This document shows, piece by piece, positions 28,503-36,897 of a DNA stretch of 53,542 nt. Source of the DNA: Candidatus Sulfomarinibacter kjeldsenii (GTDB lineage: Bacteria > Acidobacteriota > Thermoanaerobaculia > Thermoanaerobaculales > Sulfomarinibacteraceae); NCBI GenBank assembly GCA_014764485.1, contig JACXWA010000062.1, forward strand, positions 1 to 53,542, in the 5' to 3' direction. The notes under the pieces are model-generated. The model saw nothing but the letters and a program-made list of their open reading frames with translations. It was not told the DNA's origin and did not search any database. The translations under genes were made by a program, and so were the position numbers. How positions within the stretch are numbered: position 1 is the first letter of the stretch; every line of letters begins with the position of its first letter.

Positions 28503-29360
28503 GTGAAACGCGTCATCATGATCGTTTCGACCTTCGTGTTGGTGGCGACCACGGCCGCGGCTCAAAGCGCCTCGAGCCGCGCCTGGCAACAAAGAATGGA
28601 CGTCGAAATTCCACTCCCCGTGCCTATGGTGGAGTTGTTGTCCGTCAACCCCTTCGCGATAATTGTCGATGAAACGCCAAAGGTGCTCCAGGCGAGCGCG
28701 CCACGAAAAGTCGACATTCGGGGTGTGGCGACCGTGGCCACATTTGTTGATGCCAAGGGAGTCTGTCTCGGCGCGGTTCCCCTCGAGCTCCCGGTTCCCG
28801 GTCTGACGGCCTCGCTGGTAGAGGATTTGAACGGTTCCCGATTCGATCCCGCCATCGCCGGTGGCTTACCCCAGCCGTCCTGGGTGGTGCTCGAGATCGG
28901 CATGGAGGGCAAGATCAAAGAAAGCGAGATTGTCGATCAATCTCTCGAAATGCCAAACCCGGAGACACCTTCTGTTCCCAACCAACCGGTAGCAATGAAA
29001 CCGCCCGGAAACCTACGCAACCTCAAGGCGACGCCGCAGACGCAGCTCACCAAGCTGGCCGCGCCGCGCCGGATCAAGGTCAGTGCTCCCGGCCGAGACG
29101 ACGAAGTTCACATCCGTGCCCTCCTCCACGTCACCGAGAATGGGCGCTGTGACCGCTACGTTCCGTTGGAGCTCTACGACGGCCTCAATTCGTGGTTCTC
29201 GGGCTATCTTGCCACCTGGAGGATGCAGCCCGCATCTCGGGACGGGGCTCCTGTGGCGGTTTGGGTTGAGTACTCGGCCCGCGTCAGAATGAAGATATCA
29301 GGGATATCTTCGACAACCTCGAGAGTTGTTCGCGATCGTGAGTACACACCGGTCGAGTAG
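28503..29360 (+). CDS. Hypothetical secreted protein
   Basis: 285 aa. Signal peptide MKRVIMIVSTFVLVATTAAAQS. Two internally similar ~90-aa segments. No family recognised. Confidence 0.6.
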   Translation: MKRVIMIVSTFVLVATTAAAQSASSRAWQQRMDVEIPLPVPMVELLSVNPFAIIVDETPKVLQASAPRKVDIRGVATVATFVDAKGVCLGAVPLELPVPGLTASLVEDLNGSRFDPAIAGGLPQPSWVVLEIGMEGKIKESEIVDQSLEMPNPETPSVPNQPVAMKPPGNLRNLKATPQTQLTKLAAPRRIKVSAPGRDDEVHIRALLHVTENGRCDRYVPLELYDGLNSWFSGYLATWRMQPASRDGAPVAVWVEYSARVRMKISGISSTTSRVVRDREYTPVE

Positions 29361-29419
29361 CGCGAGCGCTCTCAGATGCCCGTACGCCGACAGGAGACGC
29401 TCACCCGATCACGATTCGC

Positions 29420-29491
29420 GAGTAAAGAGTAAAGGGTAAAGAACACCCTCCCCTCCAACTTCAGCTGAACTCTTAACTCTCAACCCTTGAC
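29420..29491. repeat. Heptamer-arm palindromic element with CACCCTCCC core (copy 1)
   Basis: (GAGTAAA)(GAGTAAA)(GGGTAAA)G at 29420-29441. Core CACCCTCCCCTCC at 29444-29456. 10-bp palindrome TTCAGCTGAA at 29459-29468. Opposing arm TCTTAACTCTCAACCCTTGAC at 29471-29491. Confidence 0.7.
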
Positions 29492-29531
29492 TGCGTCGCC
29501 GCTTTCGGAGGAGCTTCGCACCAGAATCGGA

Positions 29532-31442
29532 TCATCCTTTGCGCCGGATTATCTTTCGGCGATTGCCGTGGCGGACCGTCACCCGCTCCGAGTCCAACCA
29601 CTCGAGGGCAGGTATGGCGAGCTTGCGAGTGAGATCGAATCGTCCTTTAAAGTCACCGACCGCAAAGTCTTCGACCTCCCAATCACGAACCTGCCGCGCC
29701 ATTTCATCCATGACGGCGCGATGAATCAAAAACTTGCCATCAAGCCGGACCAGCCGATGGCGTTGGGTCAGGAAACGGCAGATCCCCTCGACCGTCGCCT
29801 GTCTCGCCTGAAGGTGATCCGCGGCCTCCCCAGGCGACGGTGCATCGAAACCGGCCTTTCGATACAGTGCCTCGACCTTCCGAGTCAGCGCCTCGCCGGC
29901 GGCAGTCATATGACTCTCCTTGCCGGGAGGTACCACTCTTCCTTCTGAAAGTTCGAGGGTTCCGCGGCCGCGCAACTCCTCGAGGTAAAACTCGGCCAGG
30001 GGCAAGGCGGACCGAGGAAGCAGCTGGCCCACAAAATCCCGTGCTGGAATCCCGGCAGAGACCTCCTCTCCCGCCAACCGGCGCCGAAGCTCCTGTCCAG
30101 CCTCGGCGGCAAGGTCTTTAATCCGCCCCGTCATTACGAAGGTCGGCGGTTGGGTCGACAGGGTTTGAACGGTGCCCCCCTCGAGGAGTCGGCCGAGAGG
30201 TGCCTCGATGGCGCCATCGAGGACACCAAGTCGGCCGGCCATTGTCGGCACGGTGAGTCCAGCCAGCCCTTGACGATCAATCCAGCTTGAAAGCAACTCG
30301 GGCCACGCGTTACGTCGGACATCAGGTAGGCGGTCCAGGGCCACACTGTCCCGTCTTCGCCATCGCCGGAGGTGAGCGTCAAGCACCCTCCCACCGGCAA
30401 AGGTATTGACCGGAGACGGGCGCCTCAAGACGAGACGGTCCCCCGGGAAAAGCAGCATCGGCTGGCGAAGCAAAATCTGGGCGGTCGCGCGAGAGCCAGG
30501 AGAGAGTGGTCGCACAGAGAGCCGGTCGACACGCGCCGGAACACGCGCCGCGAGTGCGTGGACCTCAATCTCGTCGCCCTCATCCAGCGGGCCGGGAGCA
30601 GTCGCTAAAAGCTCGAGACCGACGGTGACCAGTTGGGTGACCTCCCACGGTCCCGGAGCAATGATCTGGTCACCACGGCTGACGGTCTCACGCGAGAGTC
30701 CTGCGAGATTGATAGCAACCCTCTCCCCGGCCTCGACAACGCTGCGTTCATCGCCGTGAACATGCAACCGGCGCACCCTGGCGGCCGTGTCATGGGGAAA
30801 AATCCGGACATCCGAACCCACTTCCAACTCGCCCCAAAGAGAGGTTCCGGTAACCACCGTGCCCGCTCCGGTCAAACTGAAAACACGATCAACCGGCTCA
30901 CGGAAGGGACGACCCTCAACCTGTCGGGGACGAATACCGCCGGCCTGCTCGAGGAGTATCCTCCTCAGCTCGGAGATGCCAGTCCCTGTTTGACCCGAAA
31001 CCGGTACCACCGGGGCCCCGGCGAAAGCGGTTGGCGCCAGGAGCTCGCAGATTTCTTCCGTCACCAATTCCACCAGATCATCGTCCATGAGATCGATCTT
31101 GGTGAGCGCAACCGCACCGCCCGGCACGCCCATCAAACGAATGACATCAAGGTGCTCACGCGTCTGCGGCATGACCCCCTCGTCCGCAGCCACTACGAGA
31201 AGGGCGAGATCGATTCCCGAGGCGCCAGCGATCATCGTATGTACCAAACGTTCGTGCCCCGGAACGTCGACGAAATGGAGTTGGATCTCGTCCTCGCTGA
31301 GTTGGGCAAACCCGAGGTCGATGGTGATCCCGCGCTCACGTTCCTCGGGCAGGCGGTCACAATCAGTGCCGGTGAGAGCCTTCACCAGAGTCGTTTTGCC
31401 GTGATCGATATGCCCGGCTGTACCCCATACGACGTGCCGCAT
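29532..31442 (-). CDS. selB: Selenocysteine-specific translation elongation factor
   Basis: ORF 29532..31556 trimmed to ATG 31442 (MRHVVWGTAGHIDHGKTTLVKALTGTDCDRLPEERERGITIDLGFA). DVPGHERL. ~300-aa C-terminal extension typical of bacterial SelB. Confidence 0.88.
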   Translation of the reverse strand: MRHVVWGTAGHIDHGKTTLVKALTGTDCDRLPEERERGITIDLGFAQLSEDEIQLHFVDVPGHERLVHTMIAGASGIDLALLVVAADEGVMPQTREHLDVIRLMGVPGGAVALTKIDLMDDDLVELVTEEICELLAPTAFAGAPVVPVSGQTGTGISELRRILLEQAGGIRPRQVEGRPFREPVDRVFSLTGAGTVVTGTSLWGELEVGSDVRIFPHDTAARVRRLHVHGDERSVVEAGERVAINLAGLSRETVSRGDQIIAPGPWEVTQLVTVGLELLATAPGPLDEGDEIEVHALAARVPARVDRLSVRPLSPGSRATAQILLRQPMLLFPGDRLVLRRPSPVNTFAGGRVLDAHLRRWRRRDSVALDRLPDVRRNAWPELLSSWIDRQGLAGLTVPTMAGRLGVLDGAIEAPLGRLLEGGTVQTLSTQPPTFVMTGRIKDLAAEAGQELRRRLAGEEVSAGIPARDFVGQLLPRSALPLAEFYLEELRGRGTLELSEGRVVPPGKESHMTAAGEALTRKVEALYRKAGFDAPSPGEAADHLQARQATVEGICRFLTQRHRLVRLDGKFLIHRAVMDEMARQVRDWEVEDFAVGDFKGRFDLTRKLAIPALEWLDSERVTVRHGNRRKIIRRKG

Positions 31443-31521
31443 CGGCTTATGGTACACGGTCCTCCCCATTCGCAGCCTGGCGCAGTTTTCGTGTTCTAAT
31501 AAGCTCTGAAGATGGTGAGAT

Positions 31522-32091
31522 ATGAAAGCTGAAGAAACTCTCGAGTCAGAGCTCAAGATCCCAGTGACCGACCTCGAACCGGTGCGGACGTCTCTCCGTC
31601 GTGAACGGGCGGTTCTCGTTCAGATCTTGGCTCGAGAAATCAACCTTCTCCTCGATCGGCATGACGGCCGGCTCCGCACGGCAGGTTCGACACTCCGCCT
31701 GCGTCAGCACGGAGACCGCAATCTTCTGACTCTCAAGGGCCCGGTCAGCTACAGCGGTGCGATCAAGGTACGAGCGGAGCATGAGACGGAATTTTCGGAC
31801 CTGCCTCGGATGGTCGACATCTTCGAGCGGCTTGGGTTCTCTGTATTCATGAGGTACGAGAAAGATCGCGAGGAGTGGCTCGTGGAACAGTGTTCTGTGG
31901 TCCTCGATCACACGCCGATGGGCGACTTCGTCGAGGTGGAAGGACCGCCTGAACGGCTCGAGCGGGTGGCTCGTCTTCTCGGACTCGATGCCGAAACGGC
32001 AGTACGAGGATCGTACGTCAGTCTCTGGTTGGAATACAGAGAGCTGCATCCCGAGCTCGATCTTCCCGCCAATATGGTCTTTACCGAATGA
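31522..32091 (+). CDS. CYTH-domain protein (CyaB-type class IV cyclase / triphosphatase family)
   Basis: 189 aa. N-terminal ESELKIPV matches the CYTH ExExK motif. Alternating charged beta-strand pattern throughout. Confidence 0.75.
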   Translation: MKAEETLESELKIPVTDLEPVRTSLRRERAVLVQILAREINLLLDRHDGRLRTAGSTLRLRQHGDRNLLTLKGPVSYSGAIKVRAEHETEFSDLPRMVDIFERLGFSVFMRYEKDREEWLVEQCSVVLDHTPMGDFVEVEGPPERLERVARLLGLDAETAVRGSYVSLWLEYRELHPELDLPANMVFTE

Positions 32092-33044
32092 CGGCTTACG
32101 GTTTCAAGACTGCAATGATCCTTGCTGCAGGTCTCGGCAAACGTATGCGGCCTCTGACCTCGGTCCTGCCCAAGCCGGCTCTGCCGATGACCGATGGACC
32201 GGTCGTGGCTTCGGCGTTGAGACTGGCCGCATCGGCCGGAGCGACACAAATCGTTGTCAACGTCTCCCATCTAGCCGAGCAGATGGCCGAGGCGGTATCC
32301 GAAGTAACGATCGGCGGAATCGAAATCGCTCTCTCGTTTGAGGACGAGCTCATGGGAACAGCTGGCGGTCTCGCTATGGCCAGGGACCGGGGACTGCTCG
32401 GCAACGAGAATTCTGTTCTTGTCATAAACGGTGATGGCGCCCTCGGTCTCAATCTGGAGGGCTTCGCCGAACACCATCTCGCCTCGGGCGACCTCGTAAC
32501 TCTCGCACTTCTTCCCCACCTCGACCCCGAACAGTGGTCACGGGTGGTTCTCGATGTCGACGAGCGGGTGACTGAGATCCACCCCCCGGGCCGGCCCGGC
32601 CCACACGAAGTCCCGTTTTTGTATCCCGGGGTGATGGCCGTCCATCGAAACGCTCTGGACGCTCTACCCGCGACTCCTGGAGAGATTCCGGCCGCCCTCT
32701 GGAACCCCGCCCAGAATGAGCGGAAGCTCGGTGGCCTGGTGGTGGCCGGTCACTGGCGAGAGATCGGCACACCAACCGATTATCTCGAGGTCATGCTCCT
32801 CCGTTTAGCGGGCACGACCTGGATCCACCCCTCCGCCAAAATTTCTACCGGCGCCTCGATCCGCAACTCGTTCGTCGGCCGCAAGGCAGTTGTCTCGGAC
32901 CGAGCGGTCATCGCGGAATCTGTGGTCGCTGAGGAAGCGCAAATCGGCAAAGGAGCGCTGGTGACTCGCTCCGTACTCCTCGGCGCGGTCGAAATCGCCG
33001 CGGACGAAAACGTGGTCGGAGAATTTCGCGCCACAGGCCGATGA
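32088..33044 (+). CDS. Sugar-phosphate nucleotidyltransferase with C-terminal hexapeptide-repeat region
   Basis: MILAAGLGKRMRPLT nucleotide-binding loop. LbH-like C-terminus. ATGA overlap with the CYTH gene stop. Confidence 0.8.
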   Translation: MTAYGFKTAMILAAGLGKRMRPLTSVLPKPALPMTDGPVVASALRLAASAGATQIVVNVSHLAEQMAEAVSEVTIGGIEIALSFEDELMGTAGGLAMARDRGLLGNENSVLVINGDGALGLNLEGFAEHHLASGDLVTLALLPHLDPEQWSRVVLDVDERVTEIHPPGRPGPHEVPFLYPGVMAVHRNALDALPATPGEIPAALWNPAQNERKLGGLVVAGHWREIGTPTDYLEVMLLRLAGTTWIHPSAKISTGASIRNSFVGRKAVVSDRAVIAESVVAEEAQIGKGALVTRSVLLGAVEIAADENVVGEFRATGR

Positions 33045-33070
33045 AAAACAGCGGGGCGACCGGCCGCTCC

Positions 33071-33691
33071 TCACATTCCCTCCGACCGCCACTTGGGCCA
33101 ACCCGACCTCCACACTCGCGAGATCACGCGGCCGGTGCCACCATAGACCCTCAACACACGCATTCGCGCCCGATGATCGGTGAGGTAGATTGAGGCGGGA
33201 GTGGCGGTACTCCTCGGGGTGAAAGTAATGATGTTGCCTCGCCCGGCGCGGACCGGGTCATCAAGATCACCCCGCAGGCGGCCCCGCCCCGAAGGATCGG
33301 GAACGAACTCATGCTGCAAGATTCCGAGACCCGCGCCTCCGCCATCGATGTGAAGGACCTCGCCAACCACCCGATCGATAAGCCTGTGTATGTCTCGTGT
33401 CCGGATTCCATCGCCGTCTCCATCGACAGCGATAAAGCACCTCCAGGATCCGTCGTCACGGCGCTCGAAGACCACAGCTGTCGCGCGCGAATTCATAATC
33501 GCGTAAGCCCGGCACCGAAAGAGCAGGCCTTTGAGCTGACTCGATGCCGTTCTCAACGTCGCCGCGCCCCGGATCTCAGCAAGGTCCGGGAGGGTTGCTG
33601 CAACGACGATGGTCAATACTACGAGCGCCAGCATAGCTTCGACCAGTGACATGCCGATGTTTGTCGAACTACCCGACCAATCTCTATCCAT
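33071..33691 (-). CDS. Pseudopilin, GspH/FimT-like (prepilin-type N-terminal methylation domain)
   Basis: ORF trimmed to ATG 33691 (GGGAGG RBS). Leader MDRDWSGSSTNIG then MSLVEAMLALVVLTIVVAATL, a class III signal sequence pattern. Confidence 0.7.
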   Translation of the reverse strand: MDRDWSGSSTNIGMSLVEAMLALVVLTIVVAATLPDLAEIRGAATLRTASSQLKGLLFRCRAYAIMNSRATAVVFERRDDGSWRCFIAVDGDGDGIRTRDIHRLIDRVVGEVLHIDGGGAGLGILQHEFVPDPSGRGRLRGDLDDPVRAGRGNIITFTPRSTATPASIYLTDHRARMRVLRVYGGTGRVISRVWRSGWPKWRSEGM

Positions 33692-33855
33692 TTCTACCTC
33701 CCGATCTGCATATCCAGCCGACTGTCTGCCGCGGCCGGAAGTTTGGTGAGATACGCAGACAGAAAACGCGGCCCCGAAGGGCCGCATCCCGTCCACGCTG
33801 TAGTTGTCCCGCCCGAGCCATGAATTTCAGTACAGACTCGAACGAGCATTGAACA

Positions 33856-34203
33856 TCAGTCGGCGACGTTCTCGTCGCCGGTTGAACGCGCCATCCTCAC
33901 CTTGTCGGCAAGTGTGGTAGCTCCGCTTGTGACAATGAACGGTTCGAGCTTCTCGAACGAGCTCTCACCGATGCCTTTGACCGCGAGAATCTCGTCAACG
34001 GTCTGGAATGGGCCGTTTGCCTCGCGGAATTCGATGATCCGACCCGCCAGGGCCGGGCCCACCCGGGGCAGGAGCTCGAGTTCCTCTGAAGACGCGGTGT
34101 TGATGTTCACCACCCCGGAGGGTTGCGAGCTTTCAACGGTCCAGGCAACAGCGGTGACAGCGAACGCCACCAGGATCAGGGTCAAAAATCTGCGATGCTG
34201 CAT
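33856..34203 (-). CDS. comEA: ComEA-like helix-hairpin-helix DNA-binding protein
   Basis: Trimmed to ATG 34203 (MQHRRFLTLILVAFAVTAVAW). VNINTASSEELELLPRVGPALAGRIIEFREANGPFQTVDEILAVKGIG. Confidence 0.8.
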   Translation of the reverse strand: MQHRRFLTLILVAFAVTAVAWTVESSQPSGVVNINTASSEELELLPRVGPALAGRIIEFREANGPFQTVDEILAVKGIGESSFEKLEPFIVTSGATTLADKVRMARSTGDENVAD

Positions 34204-34517
34204 AGTGAGTCCTTTCTTGAGCGAGTTGGTCGATAGGGTTCTGGGCCGAATCATTCGCCGCTCATGGCATCCTCCTCTCATTCACGACCCACAGGAGCAC
34301 TATCCGTGCCAGTTCTTTATCGAAGGAGAAGTGCTTATTTTGCATAAGTTTAGATCTCTTTCTCAGATCCCGCACTACACACACATGACAAAAAATTCTT
34401 ACACCAGCCCTGAAAACTCATCCGCAGAAGATGTAATAAAATTTTGTCAGTGACCGGCTGCTATACTCCCCCGATGATCGAACCAACTGACCTCCACCAA
34501 CGGCGGCAAGGCTGATC

Positions 34518-35132
34518 GTGGCGAAGGAGCTGGCCCTGTTGGTTTCCGGGGGTTCCGGCAGCGTTCTTGCGACTCGATTCGCCATAGCTGCACTCGAGAG
34601 CGGGCAGATAGATGCCCTCCATCTGGTCGTGACAGGCGCGGCCTCAAAGGTCCTTGCCCACGAGATGGGTTCGGAGTGGGCGAGTGCGCGGGCCATTCGG
34701 GACAACCTCGAACTCGACGAAGATTTACGAAGCCGAATCCACCCATACACCGACTCGGATCTTGCAGCCCCAGTCGCATCCGGTTCGCATCGCCTCCACG
34801 GAGTTGTGGTGCTACCGTGCTCGGCCGGCATGGCCGGGTCATTGGCCAACGGTATCTCGCGCGGCCTCGCTCAGCGGGTTGCGGATGTCGCCATCAAGCA
34901 ACGGTGGCCGCTGTTGATCGGGATCCGCGAGACTCCGATGTCGACAATCCTGCTCGAGAATCTTCTCCGATTGGCGCAGGCCGGCGCCCACATCGTGCCG
35001 CCTTTACCCGCGTTTTATCTCAAACCCGAAGATAAAACCGCCCACCAAATTTTCGTCGATCATTTCTGCTTGCGCCTGCTCGATCTTCTTGGAATCCCTT
35101 CGCGGGACAACGGCCTCCGATGGCGGGGCTGA
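34518..35132 (+). CDS. ubiX: UbiX-family flavin prenyltransferase
   Basis: 204 aa. LLVSGGSGSVLA..., VVLPCSAGMAGSLANGIS, IRETPMS. Confidence 0.88.
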   Translation: MAKELALLVSGGSGSVLATRFAIAALESGQIDALHLVVTGAASKVLAHEMGSEWASARAIRDNLELDEDLRSRIHPYTDSDLAAPVASGSHRLHGVVVLPCSAGMAGSLANGISRGLAQRVADVAIKQRWPLLIGIRETPMSTILLENLLRLAQAGAHIVPPLPAFYLKPEDKTAHQIFVDHFCLRLLDLLGIPSRDNGLRWRG

Positions 35133-36010
35133 CTGGCTCCACAGGACGAATCCTTGCCGGTCTTCGCGAGACGGGTGAGATGGTCGCCTTCAAACACACC
35201 GTGTTCGCGCTTCCGTTCGCAGTCATTTCCATCATCACCGCTGCAGCGCCTGGATGGCCAACAGCACACACCTGGCTGTGGGTGGCGGTAGCCATGGTGT
35301 CTGCAAGGACCGCAGCCATGGCCTTCAACCGCCTCGCCGACCATAGAATCGATATTGATAACCCCCGCACGGCGGGCCGTGCACTGCCGGCAGGAAGGCT
35401 GAGTCGTAACTTCGCGTGGGCCATCACTGGGTTTTCAGCGGCCCTCTTTTTGTTTGCAGCGGCATCCCTCAATTCTCTGTGCCTAGTTCTGGCACCACCC
35501 TCCTTGGCGGTTCTACTTGGCTACTCCTACGCAAAACGATTCACAGCCACTTCCCATCTGTGGCTCGGCCTCGCCCTCGGCATCGCGCCGGTCGGTGCGT
35601 GGATCGCCGTCACCGGAAAGGTCGAATGGCCCGCATTGGTGCTCGCCGGCGCAGTGGCGCTGTGGGTGGCCGGGTTTGATGTGATCTATTCGCTCCAAGA
35701 CGAGGACTTCGACCGCCAACAAGCCCTTCACTCGCTCCCCGCTCGGGTTGGTGGACGGCGCGCCCTGGCGATCGCCAGGGGCTTTCATCTGCTCGCCTTC
35801 GCCGGCTTTCTGGCCTTTGCACTGGCCGCGGGTGGTGGTGCAATCCGATTGCTGGCGGTAGCGGTAGCAGGTCTCTTATTGGCCTGGCAGCACCGACTGA
35901 TCAGGGCCGACGACCTACACTCAGTCGACGCCGCATTCTTCACCACCAACGGTGCGCTCGCAATGGTGGTGTGCATCCTCTTTGTCGTCGCGAAATTGAT
36001 GGCAGCGTAA
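35120..36010 (+). CDS. UbiA-family aromatic prenyltransferase (4-hydroxybenzoate polyprenyltransferase-like)
   Basis: 296 aa polytopic protein. NRLADHRIDIDNPRTAGRALPAG (NxxxDxxxD) and YSLQDEDFD second Asp-rich motif. Overlaps the ubiX stop by 13 nt. Confidence 0.85.
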   Translation: MAGLTGSTGRILAGLRETGEMVAFKHTVFALPFAVISIITAAAPGWPTAHTWLWVAVAMVSARTAAMAFNRLADHRIDIDNPRTAGRALPAGRLSRNFAWAITGFSAALFLFAAASLNSLCLVLAPPSLAVLLGYSYAKRFTATSHLWLGLALGIAPVGAWIAVTGKVEWPALVLAGAVALWVAGFDVIYSLQDEDFDRQQALHSLPARVGGRRALAIARGFHLLAFAGFLAFALAAGGGAIRLLAVAVAGLLLAWQHRLIRADDLHSVDAAFFTTNGALAMVVCILFVVAKLMAA

Positions 36011-36080
36011 AATTCGTCCTCGACGTCATGCACTACGGTCCCTGCTAAGATCGCCAAAGCCCGATGAGTGGACGCACTGA

Positions 36081-36737
36081 ATGATGCGGGACAAGATTCC
36101 CTTCCGGCATATCGCCGTCGAAGGCCCTATCGGGGTCGGTAAGACCTCGCTCGTCGAGCTCCTCGCCGAGCGATTCGAAGGCGTCATGGTGCTCGAGGAC
36201 ATTACCAATCCCTTCTTGCCATCGTTCTACGAGGGGCGCGCAGGCGCCGCCTTCCAGGTCCAGATCTATTTTCTGTTGTCTCGTTTTCAGCAGCAGCGTG
36301 AAATCGCGCAGATGAACCTCTTTCAACGGCTGGTATTGGCCGACTACACCTTCCCAAAGGATCGAATATTTGCCTATTTGAATCTTGATGACACCGATCT
36401 CCGAGTTTACGAAAAGCTCTACCCGGTTCTCGAACAGGAGGTTGCTAAGCCAGACCTCGTGATCTACATGCAAGCGTCGATCGAGGTGCTCCTGGAGAGG
36501 ATCAAGAAGCGGGCCCGGGATTTCGAGCGCAGCATCGATCCCGGGTATCTCGAGCGGTTGGGCGAGGCCTACTCCTACTATTTCTTCCACTACCGGGAAA
36601 CGCCCCTCTTGGTGGTCAACACCGATGAGATCGACTTCGTCAACAACCCCTCCGATTTCGATGCGTTTGTCGAACAGATCATGCGCAGCCGTCGCGGCAC
36701 TCAGGTGTATGTGCCGGTCGGCTCGAAACGAGGTTAA
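36081..36737 (+). CDS. Deoxynucleoside kinase family protein
   Basis: 218 aa. P-loop VEGPIGVGKTSLVELL, then the dNK-type middle and lid regions. Confidence 0.8.
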   Translation: MMRDKIPFRHIAVEGPIGVGKTSLVELLAERFEGVMVLEDITNPFLPSFYEGRAGAAFQVQIYFLLSRFQQQREIAQMNLFQRLVLADYTFPKDRIFAYLNLDDTDLRVYEKLYPVLEQEVAKPDLVIYMQASIEVLLERIKKRARDFERSIDPGYLERLGEAYSYYFFHYRETPLLVVNTDEIDFVNNPSDFDAFVEQIMRSRRGTQVYVPVGSKRG

Positions 36738-36809
36738 GGGTTAAGAGTTAAGCCCACCCTCCCTCCCCTGAGACATATGGTCTTTACCCTTGGCTCTTTG
36801 CTCTTAACC
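36732..36809. repeat. Heptamer-arm palindromic element with CACCCTCCC core (copy 2)
   Basis: (GGTTAAG)(GGTTAAG)(AGTTAAG) at 36732-36752. Core CCCACCCTCCCTCCCC at 36753-36768. Opposing arm GTCTTTACCCTTGGCTCTTTGCTCTTAACC at 36780-36809. The outermost 7 bp pair perfectly. Confidence 0.7.
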
Positions 36810-36897
36810 TGCACGGTATGCCAGCTGTCATGTAGCACGGGCTGCCCTTTCACTGAAGCACTCCGCGGCTGCTATAGTTCCCGCCGAAGGAGTGCTC

